Shown: positions 37,557 through 48,232, counted from the stretch's first letter. The stretch: 64,000 bases of DNA from an uncultured virus (IMG/VR IMGVR_UViG_3300048930_000155) (IMGVR_UViG_3300048930_000155:1-64000); one strand, 5' to 3'. Program-made: numbers and translations. Notes: a model not told the origin generated them from the sequence alone.

Positions 37557-37892
37557 TTGAGCCTCCAATTTAACCCTATAACAGGGAATTTTGATTTAGT
37601 GGGGGCCGGCGGAGGCGGTGGGGGCGGAGGTCCGGCTGAACGTTATACCTCTACTTTTAATGCCACTACTTCTTGGGGCTCAGCTAGCGGTGGCGAGTAT
37701 ACTATTACTATTGCCGCAGCTACGCACGGAAAGGGCTTATACCCCGCGGCTCTTGTGTATGAAGATATGGGCGCAGGTGTATATGAATTAGTAGGAGTTA
37801 ACGCGCTTCAGATAAACTCATCTGGAGACGTATCGATTAAGGTTTTAGAAACGCCGGACACGCGATTTGCCGGACTAGTTTTAATTTTATAA
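37557..37892 (+). CDS. Small structural protein
   Basis: FNPITGNFDLVG followed by a poly-Gly linker. Confidence 0.65.
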   Translation: MSLQFNPITGNFDLVGAGGGGGGGGPAERYTSTFNATTSWGSASGGEYTITIAAATHGKGLYPAALVYEDMGAGVYELVGVNALQINSSGDVSIKVLETPDTRFAGLVLIL

Positions 37893-37904
37893 AGGGTATA
37901 AAAA

Positions 37905-39917
37905 ATGTCACAAAGAATTAAGGGTAATCTAGTAGTACAAGGCTCGTCACTCACAGTAAACAGCGTAGAAGTGTTAAAGGAGTCTACAGCGCAGTCAGTA
38001 ACTAACAAGACTATTGATGCCGATCAGAATACTATAACTAACATCGAGAACGCCGACATTAAATCTGGCGCGGCCATCGACGCAGCTAAGTTAGCCGATG
38101 GGTCAGTATCTAACACTGAATTTCAGTACCTTAACGGCGTAACTAGCGCAATCCAAGATCAATTAGACGATAAAGTAGATCTCGCACTAAACGAAGAGCA
38201 TATCTTAGTTGGAAATGCTTCTAACGAAGCCGCTGCCGTAGATACCGGAACTTTAGGCGATATCCTAGCAACAGAGCTTGGCGGTTTAGAGATTAAAGCC
38301 GGAGCAGTTACTAATACTGAAATTAACGCTGGCGCTAATATTGATTTAGATAAACTCGCCCCAGTCACCGCTAGCCGAGCGCTAGAGTCAGACGGCTCTG
38401 GCGTTATTACAGCCTCAGCTACCACTAGCACTGAGTTAAGCTACCTCAGCGGCGTCACATCGGCCATCCAAGATCAACTTGACGATAAAGTAGCTAAAGC
38501 TGGCGACACCATGTCAGGCGATCTAGCTATGGGCGGCAATAAAGTTACTGGACTAGGTGCCCCTACGCTGTCTACCGACGCTGCTACCAAAGCTTACGTA
38601 GACTCCGTAGCTGAAGGACTTAAGCCTAAAACTGCAGCACGCGTAGCTACTACCGGCCCGCTGACTTTAGCGTCCGACTTCGAAAACGGCGACACCGTAG
38701 ACGGCGTAGTACTGGCTACTGGCAACCGCGTTCTTATCAAAGATCAGGCCGATGCTACTGAGAACGGTATATATGTAGTTCAAGCTTCTGGCGCTCCTGT
38801 TAGGGCTACAGACTTTGACAGCCTTAGCCCTATCGATGAAATTAACGGTGCAATGGTAGCTGTTCAAGAAGGTACAGCTAATACCGGTAAAGTATACGTT
38901 CAGTCTGGTACTGTAGCTACTATCGGCGTAAGCGATATCGACTTTGTATTCTTTAACTCCAGCTCATCTCTTGTGGGCGGAGACGGTATCACTGTCTCTG
39001 GATCTAACATTTCCGTAGACCACGATGGTCAAGGCCTTCAGTTCACAGCTACGCAACTAGCTCTTGAACTTGACGGATCTACGCTATCTAAGTCTGCTAG
39101 CGGCCTTAAAGTAGCAGATAACGGTATTACAGACGTTCAAATTACGGACGGCGCAGTAAACGAAGACAAATTAAACGCTTCAGTAGCTGGCGACGGTATT
39201 GCTGGCGGAGCTGGCTCTCCTCTTAGCATCGACCACGACGGCGAGGGTCTGGACTTAGTGGGCGGGCAGTTAGCTCTTGAGCTAGACGGCGCTACGCTCT
39301 CTAAATCAGTTGACGGATTAAAAGTCGCTGATAGCGGTATTACAAATACCCAAGTAGCTGCCGCTGCTGCAATCGCTAGGTCTAAACTAGCTAGCGGTAA
39401 CGCGCACAGAGTATTAATTAACGACGGCACTGGCGTAATGTCAGAAGCTGCCGCCCTTACTGACGGCCAACTTCTTATAGGCTCTACTGGAGCTTCTCCC
39501 GCTGCTGCTACCTTGACCGCTGGTGCTGGAATTAGTATCACTAACGGAGCTGGATCTATTGAAATCGCAGCAGCCGGAGCTAGCGCAGGCGATATCGCAG
39601 AGACTAGCTTTAGCGCGGCTAATAACCAAGGATCTCCAGCTAACGTTACCGGATTAGCTTTCGCTAACGGCGTAGTGCGAGGATTTAAAGCCCTGGCGAC
39701 CATCACCCTTGACGCCGACACAGACGCATATGAAGTAAAAGAACTCAGGGGCATCCAAAAAGGTGCTTCTTGGGATCTTGCTGAAACATCTAGCGGAGAC
39801 CTCTCAGGTATTGATTTAACTATTACTAACGCAGGTCAGGTACAGTACACCTCCGGCAATGCGAGTGGGTTCGTTTCCTGTACGATTAAATTTAGAGCGT
39901 GGGCACTTAGCGTATAA
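37905..39917 (+). CDS. Tail-fibre-like structural protein
   Basis: GDTMSGDL, DAATKAYVD, RVLIKDQ...ENGIYV motifs common in phage fibres. Confidence 0.78.
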   Translation: MSQRIKGNLVVQGSSLTVNSVEVLKESTAQSVTNKTIDADQNTITNIENADIKSGAAIDAAKLADGSVSNTEFQYLNGVTSAIQDQLDDKVDLALNEEHILVGNASNEAAAVDTGTLGDILATELGGLEIKAGAVTNTEINAGANIDLDKLAPVTASRALESDGSGVITASATTSTELSYLSGVTSAIQDQLDDKVAKAGDTMSGDLAMGGNKVTGLGAPTLSTDAATKAYVDSVAEGLKPKTAARVATTGPLTLASDFENGDTVDGVVLATGNRVLIKDQADATENGIYVVQASGAPVRATDFDSLSPIDEINGAMVAVQEGTANTGKVYVQSGTVATIGVSDIDFVFFNSSSSLVGGDGITVSGSNISVDHDGQGLQFTATQLALELDGSTLSKSASGLKVADNGITDVQITDGAVNEDKLNASVAGDGIAGGAGSPLSIDHDGEGLDLVGGQLALELDGATLSKSVDGLKVADSGITNTQVAAAAAIARSKLASGNAHRVLINDGTGVMSEAAALTDGQLLIGSTGASPAAATLTAGAGISITNGAGSIEIAAAGASAGDIAETSFSAANNQGSPANVTGLAFANGVVRGFKALATITLDADTDAYEVKELRGIQKGASWDLAETSSGDLSGIDLTITNAGQVQYTSGNASGFVSCTIKFRAWALSV

Positions 39918-39928
39918 GGATTACTATA

Positions 39929-40213
39929 ATGCAAAAGCTAAAGCTATTAATACAGAAGATGAACGAGCAGGGCGTCCCTCTGCCACTATTACGCATTAAT
40001 GGCGCGCCCACTGTAACAGGCACTATGGCGGTTATTAGCTTTACTACAGCCTTGCTTGGTCAAATTGGAAAAGTAACTAATCTTATCGGAGACGTAGACT
40101 TGAATAATGCTAATTATTTGGTTATAATAACGCTTGGCGCGTATCTAGGCCGAAGGATTAGTGGCAATAAAGATAACGCTAGTTTAGACGCTAAAAACAA
40201 GGAAGGTCAGTAA
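39929..40213 (+). CDS. Small two-TM protein, possible holin
   Basis: Two hydrophobic segments, GAYLGRR and a charged tail. Confidence 0.5.
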   Translation: MQKLKLLIQKMNEQGVPLPLLRINGAPTVTGTMAVISFTTALLGQIGKVTNLIGDVDLNNANYLVIITLGAYLGRRISGNKDNASLDAKNKEGQ

Positions 40214-40214
40214 C

Positions 40215-40700
40215 ATGGCATTAAACCCAAACCTAACATCTCTCGACTTGCAACAAGCTCAGAAGCGTACTATCGACGCTAATGACGATGCAGTTCGGAT
40301 TATTCTAGCCGACACCTCCGGAATAGCTATTGAGCTTAGCGCGGCTGACGGCGATAGCGTAGCTGCAGAAAAAAGCTTAGTTTCAGAAGAAGGCTCAATC
40401 GATAGCGCATCTACGGGAACTTTAGTAGCGGCTTTAGACGTTTCGGGTCGACAAGAGATGCAGCTCCTAGTAGACGTAGGCGCAGGCATAACAGGCTCAG
40501 CTACAGTATCCATTGAAATAAGTCCCGAAGACTCGGGCAACGTGTGGATTCCTAGCGGAACTACACTAGCTATTACGGGGACCGCAAATCTAAAATCCGC
40601 TAAAGTCACTGACCTGGCTCGACGAGTTAGAGTAGTGCTTTCTGGCGCTAATTCAATTACAGTAGGTACTGCCACACTTCATTTATTGGCTAGGAGCTAA
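40215..40700 (+). CDS. Putative structural protein
   Basis: ORF with SD in late operon. Confidence 0.7.
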   Translation: MALNPNLTSLDLQQAQKRTIDANDDAVRIILADTSGIAIELSAADGDSVAAEKSLVSEEGSIDSASTGTLVAALDVSGRQEMQLLVDVGAGITGSATVSIEISPEDSGNVWIPSGTTLAITGTANLKSAKVTDLARRVRVVLSGANSITVGTATLHLLARS

Positions 40701-40706
40701 CCTACA

Positions 40707-41162
40707 ATGGGACGACTATACCTTAACAAAAAGGGCCCCACACAGCCCGTTAAACGCGCTATAAGCCCCGCTATTGAAACTTTAGTGGAAGACATGAGCA
40801 ATGCGCCTTTGGATAGAGAAGTCGTCGTAAAAGAGATTATAGAGCGTCCTATCGAAGTAATTAAGGAAGTTATAGTAGAAGTACCTGTGATCAAGGAAGT
40901 GATTGTTGAACGTAAAGAAGAAGTTCCTGTAATTAAGGAAGTTGTAAAAGAGGTTGTAAAGGAAGTTGTAAAAGAAGTAGTGCGTACAGTAGAGGTTCCT
41001 GTCGAAGTGATTAGGGAAGTTGAAGTAGTTAAAGAAGTTGAAAAAATCATTAAAATACCAGTAATTAAGGAAGTTAAGCACATTCCGGTATGGGTAAAAG
41101 CTATGGTAGTGCTTGGAATTATTAAATACGTCGCTTTAGCCGCTTGGCTAGTGACGAAGTAA
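40707..41162 (+). CDS. Membrane protein with V/I-K-E-V-P low-complexity repeats
   Basis: EVPVIKEVVKEVVKEVV...; C-terminal TM. Confidence 0.75.
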   Translation: MGRLYLNKKGPTQPVKRAISPAIETLVEDMSNAPLDREVVVKEIIERPIEVIKEVIVEVPVIKEVIVERKEEVPVIKEVVKEVVKEVVKEVVRTVEVPVEVIREVEVVKEVEKIIKIPVIKEVKHIPVWVKAMVVLGIIKYVALAAWLVTK

Positions 41163-41197
41163 GAAACAAATTAGTAGTATAGGGGATTAGTTAACAC

Positions 41198-41560
41198 ATG
41201 GAAAAGAAACAAAAAGAAGAGATGTCAATGGACAAAAAAGCTAAGCTTGATTTGCTCAAGAGTCTTCGTAAAATGGCTATGGGCCTTATCCACGAAGGTA
41301 TGGGCGAAGACGACATGGAGCTCGACGGTATGAAGAAAGTTACCGTAGCTGCTAAAGATTCTGAAGGTCTTAAAAAGGGCTTAGAAAAAGCTGAAGACAT
41401 CTTAGAAGATATGCCCTTAGACTCTAAAGAGTCTGAAGATTCAGATGATATGGAAGAACTTGCTGAAGAGTCATCTGAAGAAATGTCTGACGAATCTGAC
41501 GAAATTGCAGAATTAGAAGCTAAATTAGCTGCTCTCAAGGCCAAGAAACTTAAAGCTTAA
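41198..41560 (+). CDS. Acidic hypothetical protein
   Basis: KKVTVAA...GL.KAE motif; acidic tail; after an AACAAAT motif. Confidence 0.75.
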   Translation: MEKKQKEEMSMDKKAKLDLLKSLRKMAMGLIHEGMGEDDMELDGMKKVTVAAKDSEGLKKGLEKAEDILEDMPLDSKESEDSDDMEELAEESSEEMSDESDEIAELEAKLAALKAKKLKA

Positions 41561-41586
41561 GCTAGTTAGCTGAAAAAGGAGCTAAC

Positions 41587-42555
41587 ATGTCAAAGCTATA
41601 TATGGACTCGAGTGAACTACTAGCCTCCATTAAATTGAGGGCGGCAGTTCCACTTGCCCAGATTTCGTTTACTGATGCTGATTTATTAAACTTCGCTACA
41701 GAAGAAATCGACCTTAAAATCGTCCCTTCTATCTTATCAGTTAGAGAAGAATTCTACGTTACTACCGAGACAGTCCCCCTCGTTGCTAATCAGTCTAATT
41801 ATAAGATACCGTACCGCGCTATTGGCGGTAAAGTGCGCTACGTTTATTTACTCACATCTGACGGAACATCTAGACCGCTTGCACAAATAGGCATGGAGTT
41901 CCTACCAGACTATCAAGCTACATCCTTCTCATTTCAAGAAGCTGGGTTCTATCTTCAGTCGGATGAACTAGTCATTCTGCCGCCTATTCAGGGAACGGTA
42001 ACGTCGTCCCTAGTGATGAAGTATTACATGAAACCTAATAAGGTAGTGCCAATGAGTCGCGGCGGCCAGATTACTTCCATAACAGAGAGAGTTGGCAATA
42101 CCACTCTAACGGACATAGTAATTAGCACAACTATGCCTACTAACTTCACTACAGGCTCAGAAGTAGACTTTATACAAGCTAAATCCAACCACAAGACAAA
42201 AGGCTATGATATTACAGTTCAGGCTGTAAGCGCCGCTAGCCGAACTATTACAATCAACACTGTTGACGTTCCTTCTGAACTAATCGTAGGCGACTTTGTT
42301 TGCACAGCCGGCGAGACTGTTATCCCTCAAGTGCCATCAGAACTACAAGTAATGGTGGCGCAGGCAGTAGCTTGTCGCGTACTTGAAGCTATTGGCGATA
42401 CTCAAGGATTAGCTAACGCTAATGCTAAACTCCAGGAAATGGAAGTAAAGCTCTTGAGTGTTATAGACAGCAGAGTAGAAGCTCCTGGACGTAAAGTTAA
42501 AAACCCTAACACATTTATAGGTAATTCATTTAATCGACGCTTGCGGAGGTATTAA
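41587..42555 (+). CDS. Head-tail adaptor-like protein
   Basis: Helical N- and C-termini (LLNFATEE; VACRVLEAIGD), YKIPYRA; lies before the large stabilisation protein. Confidence 0.6.
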   Translation: MSKLYMDSSELLASIKLRAAVPLAQISFTDADLLNFATEEIDLKIVPSILSVREEFYVTTETVPLVANQSNYKIPYRAIGGKVRYVYLLTSDGTSRPLAQIGMEFLPDYQATSFSFQEAGFYLQSDELVILPPIQGTVTSSLVMKYYMKPNKVVPMSRGGQITSITERVGNTTLTDIVISTTMPTNFTTGSEVDFIQAKSNHKTKGYDITVQAVSAASRTITINTVDVPSELIVGDFVCTAGETVIPQVPSELQVMVAQAVACRVLEAIGDTQGLANANAKLQEMEVKLLSVIDSRVEAPGRKVKNPNTFIGNSFNRRLRRY

Positions 42556-42557
42556 TC

Positions 42558-45500
42558 GTGGCTGTCCGTACCCTACTTAAGATTGCGGGCCTGTATACCG
42601 ACCCCAACTCCATTGGATCAGTTCCAGAGGGCGCGCTTGTTGAAGCTGAGAACGTAATTATCGACAGTGACGACGTACTAGAGTCTCGGCGTGGTTTTAA
42701 GGTATACGGCGTGGAGTTTAGTGGCGGCACCGCTAAGCAGATGCTGGACTATAAGGACACGATCTTAAGACACCATTCTGACTTATTGTCGTACGACTTA
42801 GTAGCTAGTCCAGGCACGTTTACTATATATAAAGAGCAAATGTGGGTATATGCTAACTCACTTACAAACTCTGGAACTACTGCTACTTATGTTTCTTTTA
42901 AGCCACATAAACTAGTTACCGGAGACTCCGTAGTAATTTCTGGTGCCGATAAAGACGAATATAACGGTACTTTTACCGTTACTGTAAGTAACTCCACTAC
43001 ATTTACCTATACCATGACTGGGACGCCATCAGGCTCCGCAACTATTCCAGGCCCTGTCCTTGAAGCCAAGACTTACCACATTAATCAGATAGACTCGTCT
43101 AATAAGATCCGTGGAGTGGAAGCTGTAAATAGTAACTTTTATTTCACGTCAGATACTGGCATGAAAAAGTTGGACCGCGTATCTGGATACGTGTCTGAAA
43201 TTGGAGCCCCTAAAGCTCTGGATACGGACCTAGAATTAGTAGATGCAGCAACTTCGCCTATAATGCCGCAGAATTCACAAGTAGCTTATCGCGTAGTATG
43301 GGGCTATAAAGACTCTAATCAAAACTTAATATTAGGGGCGCCTAGCACAAGCTCTACAATAGGCTTATCCGCGAGTAGCCTAGCCATCCCAGACTTCAAC
43401 GCTCTTTTGGATAAATTAGACGACGCTGCCGCAATAAATACCGGCACTCTTACTGATACGGATTACAACACGCTTGCCATAGGAACTACCGCTAGTGCTG
43501 TAGAACTAAACGCAGCGCTTAAAGAGCTATGCTTTAAATTAGAGGCCGATATTGGCCACTCTAATCCGGACCCCGCAGTTTATGGTAGCACAGGCGTAAT
43601 CACGAATATTCCTACAGGCACCGCTGGCTCTTCCGTAATTATCACTGCCAATAACACGCTATCAGTAGGCGATTCTGTTACCTTAGCCAATACAACCAGC
43701 TTTCCATCTATCGACGGTACATACGATATTACTGCTCGTACAGCAACTAACTTCACTATTAAAATAGATCAGGCTATTACAGTAGCAGCTACAGGGGTAG
43801 ACGTGGGCTCGTGGACTAGCGGCATTGCTCAGTACTATCCTGCACCTGAGGTGGATAATGAGGAAGCCTTCATTGAGCAGCAAGCTTTCTTTGACGAAGT
43901 AGTAGATGCTTTAATAGCCGAGCCTAACGCACATATTTCAGCTCAAGGTACTTTAACTATTCCTACTGGCCTAGCCGGCGCCATATCAGTCACTACTAAC
44001 GATACGCACCTAATGGCCAATGGCGCTTCCGTGGAGATAACAGGATCAACCACTACTCCTAGCATAGACGGCACTTACACTATATCTAACGTAACCGCCA
44101 CTACATTCGACATTACCGTAGCCGCTGATATAACAGTATCAGGTACTGCGGACTATATTGGTCAAGCCCAGTTAGCGGCGAACTTCACCAACGCCATTCA
44201 AGGTAAGAACGTTACACTAACCTTTACAGTACCCGAAGGCATTACAACTAACTACTTCTATCAGATATACAGAACCCAGGCTTCATCAGGTCTTAATATC
44301 AATCCTGGCGACGATATGGGCCTAGTATTCGAAAGTAACCCTACAGCCCAGCAAATACTAGACGGTATTATCGAAGTGACAGACGAGACGCCAGACGGCT
44401 TTAGAGGAGCAGACCTCTACACTAACCCTAGACAAGAGGGAATACTGCAGGCTAACGAGCAACCCCCTTTTGCCAAAGATGTCGCTATTTATAAAAACAT
44501 TGCATTCTATGCTAATACTAAGACTCGCCACAAGCGACTCTTATCATTAACGGGAGTTTCTGGATTAGTGGGAACTTCCTTGTGGGTGGGCAATACTAGG
44601 TATGACTTTGTATCCGGTACTCCGGCTAACGGAAATGAAATAGAAGTTCAGACTTCTGGCACTCCTGCTCAAAATGTGGACACAACTGCGCGTAACTTAG
44701 TCAGGACTATAAACAGATACGCAGATAATACCGCGATATACGCTTACTATATTTCCGGCGTGGACGATATTCCAGGTAAATTACTATTAGAGGCTCGCTC
44801 CATAAGTTCTAGTGCGTTTTACGTAATGTCTAACAGCGTTACAGTAGGTAGCACTAATTTCAGCCCTAGTGTAGCGCCAGAGAATAATCCCATTACATCA
44901 ATAAGCTCGGCTACCTCAGCAGTAATCACTACCACTACGGCGCATGGCCTACAGGTAGGCGATCAGGTGTACTTAGTGGACACTGATACCGATGAGCTGT
45001 GCGATGGCCTTAGGACTATTACAGCACGATCATCTAATACGTTTACTGTTGCAGTGAATACTACTACAAGCGGAAGCACTGCTCGTGGATTCTTTAAAAA
45101 AGCAGCACTAGCGGTAGTATCAGATAATGAGGTAACTAAGAACCGAATCTACTACTCTAAGCAGAATATTTATGAGGCCGTACCTACCCTAAACTTCTTT
45201 AACGTAGGTAGTGGTGATAAAGACATACTTAGAATCGTTGCTCTGCGCGACAGTCTTTTTGTACTTAAAGCAGACGGCGTGTACAGAATCAGTGGCGAGA
45301 CTACTTCTAGCCTTATTGTGGACGCTTTCGACTTGTCCGCACAAGTGCGAGGCCCAGACACCGTCGCAATCGGTAATAACCAAATCTACGCATTTTCTAA
45401 CCAAGGCGTGTGCACCATATCAGATAATGGCGTATTAGTCATATCCAGACCAGTAGAGGATCAACTATTAAAGCTAGCTCCCAACGCAAATATACCATCT

Positions 45501-46370
45501 ACAGCCTTCGCCGTGTTTTACCAAACTGACCGTAAATATATCCTGTGGTTACCGGAAGACTCAAATGATACAGTATCGCAAAGAGCGTGGGTATATAATA
45601 ATGTCACACAAGCGTGGACTAATTGGATACAATCTAAGACCTGCGCCATAGTAAATTCCAATGATGACAAGCTTTACCTAGGCGCTTCTGATATTAACGC
45701 AATAGAGCAAGAGCGTAAATCATTTACTAGATCAGACTATGCTGACCGAGAATACGCACTGTCGATAGTATCATATGATGCTACTAATTCTATCGCCACG
45801 TTGTCTAGCGTAGCTAATGTAGCTATAGGCGATATTCTGGTACAGACCGTTAGTCACACTATGGAACTAGACTACGGATCATATGATTATGAGGTCGAGG
45901 CTAAAGTGGTAGCAGTGAACGCGGCTAGATCTACCGTAACTGTAGAGACTGTATACGACCTTATAACAGGCCCTATAACGCTCTATAAGGCTTACCAGTG
46001 CAAGATCACATGGGCGCCTGAGGATGCGGGCAATGAAGGTGAAATAAAGCAATTTAGAGAGGCTACAGCGCGTTTTAAGAAGTCTAGGATCACTACGCCA
46101 GTGCTGGCCTTTAGTAGTGACTTACAGTCTGGATTTGAAGAAATACAGTTATTAGGGCCGGGCCTAGGTAACTGGGGCTACTTCCCGTGGGGCGGAGTGC
46201 CCTGGGGCGGAGACTCTAGGCAGCGCGGATTTAGAACATACATACCATTAGGTAAGCAGCGATGTAGTTTGCTCAATTGTCAGTTCAAGCATAAAGTCGC
46301 TCGAGAAGAGTGGCAGTTAGAGGGCATATCATTAGTAGTTGAAGTAAGCAGCCCAAGGATTAACAGATAA
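42558..46370 (+). CDS. Tail stabilisation / tail tubular protein B-like (P22 gp10-like)
   Basis: 1270 aa; AENV...RRG N-terminus, NRIYYSK, beta-propeller-type text, WG.FPWG..PWG near the end. Confidence 0.65.
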   Translation: MAVRTLLKIAGLYTDPNSIGSVPEGALVEAENVIIDSDDVLESRRGFKVYGVEFSGGTAKQMLDYKDTILRHHSDLLSYDLVASPGTFTIYKEQMWVYANSLTNSGTTATYVSFKPHKLVTGDSVVISGADKDEYNGTFTVTVSNSTTFTYTMTGTPSGSATIPGPVLEAKTYHINQIDSSNKIRGVEAVNSNFYFTSDTGMKKLDRVSGYVSEIGAPKALDTDLELVDAATSPIMPQNSQVAYRVVWGYKDSNQNLILGAPSTSSTIGLSASSLAIPDFNALLDKLDDAAAINTGTLTDTDYNTLAIGTTASAVELNAALKELCFKLEADIGHSNPDPAVYGSTGVITNIPTGTAGSSVIITANNTLSVGDSVTLANTTSFPSIDGTYDITARTATNFTIKIDQAITVAATGVDVGSWTSGIAQYYPAPEVDNEEAFIEQQAFFDEVVDALIAEPNAHISAQGTLTIPTGLAGAISVTTNDTHLMANGASVEITGSTTTPSIDGTYTISNVTATTFDITVAADITVSGTADYIGQAQLAANFTNAIQGKNVTLTFTVPEGITTNYFYQIYRTQASSGLNINPGDDMGLVFESNPTAQQILDGIIEVTDETPDGFRGADLYTNPRQEGILQANEQPPFAKDVAIYKNIAFYANTKTRHKRLLSLTGVSGLVGTSLWVGNTRYDFVSGTPANGNEIEVQTSGTPAQNVDTTARNLVRTINRYADNTAIYAYYISGVDDIPGKLLLEARSISSSAFYVMSNSVTVGSTNFSPSVAPENNPITSISSATSAVITTTTAHGLQVGDQVYLVDTDTDELCDGLRTITARSSNTFTVAVNTTTSGSTARGFFKKAALAVVSDNEVTKNRIYYSKQNIYEAVPTLNFFNVGSGDKDILRIVALRDSLFVLKADGVYRISGETTSSLIVDAFDLSAQVRGPDTVAIGNNQIYAFSNQGVCTISDNGVLVISRPVEDQLLKLAPNANIPSTAFAVFYQTDRKYILWLPEDSNDTVSQRAWVYNNVTQAWTNWIQSKTCAIVNSNDDKLYLGASDINAIEQERKSFTRSDYADREYALSIVSYDATNSIATLSSVANVAIGDILVQTVSHTMELDYGSYDYEVEAKVVAVNAARSTVTVETVYDLITGPITLYKAYQCKITWAPEDAGNEGEIKQFREATARFKKSRITTPVLAFSSDLQSGFEEIQLLGPGLGNWGYFPWGGVPWGGDSRQRGFRTYIPLGKQRCSLLNCQFKHKVAREEWQLEGISLVVEVSSPRINR

Positions 46371-46771
46371 TGGCGCGAATAAAACTTAAGCGAATCTTGT
46401 CTGAAGATTTGCCTTCGCAATATTCAGATTTGACTGATAAGCTGCTATTACCGATTAATGACGCGATTGATAGTTTATCTAACGCCATGAACAATAATCT
46501 TTCTGTTGCCGATAATCTTTCGGCACAGGAGACTGTTCTGGACGTTAGTACGCTACCTACAAATGCCTCCCCATTGTTTTTTAGAAGTACTTTAAAGGGC
46601 CCGTGTCGCGGCATCGTTTGTATAGCCGCTGAGCTGATTGGACAAGGTACTCAGCCCACTGGCCAGCCCTTCTTTACATTTGAATCCGCCGGTGCTAATA
46701 TAAAAGTAACTAATATCACCAACTTAACTGCAGGATCGCGGTATTCATTACGTATTTACTGTTTCACATAG
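46370..46771 (+). CDS. Putative structural protein
   Basis: TAATG-coupled to the preceding gene. Confidence 0.7.
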   Translation: MARIKLKRILSEDLPSQYSDLTDKLLLPINDAIDSLSNAMNNNLSVADNLSAQETVLDVSTLPTNASPLFFRSTLKGPCRGIVCIAAELIGQGTQPTGQPFFTFESAGANIKVTNITNLTAGSRYSLRIYCFT

Positions 46772-46798
46772 CATTAAACAAATTATTAATAGGGAAGT

Positions 46799-48220
46799 AT
46801 GGCCACAATTCTTAAACAAAATCAAGATAAAGCAAAGGATCAAGCAGTTGACGCTCAAGGTGAACAATCTACTTTTGCAACATCTTCAGGCCAATCTTCT
46901 ATGGCAGGTCAGGGTGGCGGTCAAGCTCCTCAAGCGGGTCAAGCGGCCCCCCAAGGACCTTCTAGTTCTGGAAGTTTCACTAACGTAAGAAATTTTATTA
47001 AAGCTAATCAAGGCAATCAACTAGGCCAAATGGTTAAGGGCAAGACTCAAGAAGAGAAGCAAAAAGCAGCTAGCACTTTATCCCAGGCGCAAAATACACT
47101 AGGCGGACAATTAGGCGTCGTTCGTGATCAAGTTGATGCGTCTAAGGATAAAGTTACCGATGCTATTACAGCGCTAAGCCAGAACTCGTATTCTCCAGAT
47201 CAAGCAAAAGCTGAACAATCTATTGCGGATATTTCAACTGCATATAACATGCAGTATGCTGGTCCTGACCAACTGGGTAGTCAGGATAAAATCGCGGCTC
47301 AGGCTCAGAACCTATCACAAATAGGGCAAGCCGCTAAATCAGACCCAGGGCGCGCCGCGCTACTCCAAAGATTCTTCGGAAGACAGAATCCTACCTACAC
47401 ATCCGGCCAAACATCTTTAGACAATCTGTTGCTTGGTCAACAAACTCGAGAACTATCAGACATTAGGCGACAAGCTCCAGAATTTCAAAAACAAGCTGCC
47501 ATGGCCAGACAGCAAGCAGCAGCAGACATAGCTGGAGTTCAGGGGGATATTGGACAGTTAAAGACTGATACTGGAGCGCAAGTTGGTAAAGTTCTGACTC
47601 AGGCAGAGGCTACTGCTAAACAACGTGCACAAGAAGAGGCTAACAGAGTTATTAAACAGGACGCGGATGCTGCCAGAGCGGCCATGAAGAATTTCAACTT
47701 TGACCTGAGTCGCCAGGCACCAGAACAGAAAAAGGGCGAGCTGCCGCCACTTTGGAGTGGATTTTCCGGCGATACTTCGGCGTACCTAGGATTCACAGCG
47801 TCTGATGATATGCTTAGGAATATGGGGGTGCTACCACAGAATGCATTCGCCCAACAACTTTCATCTGGAGATTTTGGCACAATCTCACAACTTGATCCAA
47901 TTAAGGCTGCCGTGTATGCTAAATTAGCTGATGCCGTACAAGGTACTACGCAGTTCCGAGCTGGACAAACAGCTCAATCGTTATCAAACGCTGCGGTGGA
48001 CGCTAATAAAATTGCAGCAGTACATCAGGACATAGCGCGTCAACTTGAGCCGCTTTTGCGAGGGCGCCGAATAGGTAATTCTATGGAATCTGCTTACGAT
48101 GCGCTTCATAAGCAGTCTATGCGTAAGGACTTAGGATATGCATCTGACGCGAAATATGCGGGCATTGTTAGAAACGCTGCTAGCGACGCATTACGTAAGG
48201 TTTTAGCTCAGTATAAATAA
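46799..48220 (+). CDS. Putative internal virion / ejection protein
   Basis: Q/A/G-rich, helical; follows the tail genes. Confidence 0.6.
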   Translation: MATILKQNQDKAKDQAVDAQGEQSTFATSSGQSSMAGQGGGQAPQAGQAAPQGPSSSGSFTNVRNFIKANQGNQLGQMVKGKTQEEKQKAASTLSQAQNTLGGQLGVVRDQVDASKDKVTDAITALSQNSYSPDQAKAEQSIADISTAYNMQYAGPDQLGSQDKIAAQAQNLSQIGQAAKSDPGRAALLQRFFGRQNPTYTSGQTSLDNLLLGQQTRELSDIRRQAPEFQKQAAMARQQAAADIAGVQGDIGQLKTDTGAQVGKVLTQAEATAKQRAQEEANRVIKQDADAARAAMKNFNFDLSRQAPEQKKGELPPLWSGFSGDTSAYLGFTASDDMLRNMGVLPQNAFAQQLSSGDFGTISQLDPIKAAVYAKLADAVQGTTQFRAGQTAQSLSNAAVDANKIAAVHQDIARQLEPLLRGRRIGNSMESAYDALHKQSMRKDLGYASDAKYAGIVRNAASDALRKVLAQYK

Positions 48221-48232
48221 AAGGGAAACACT

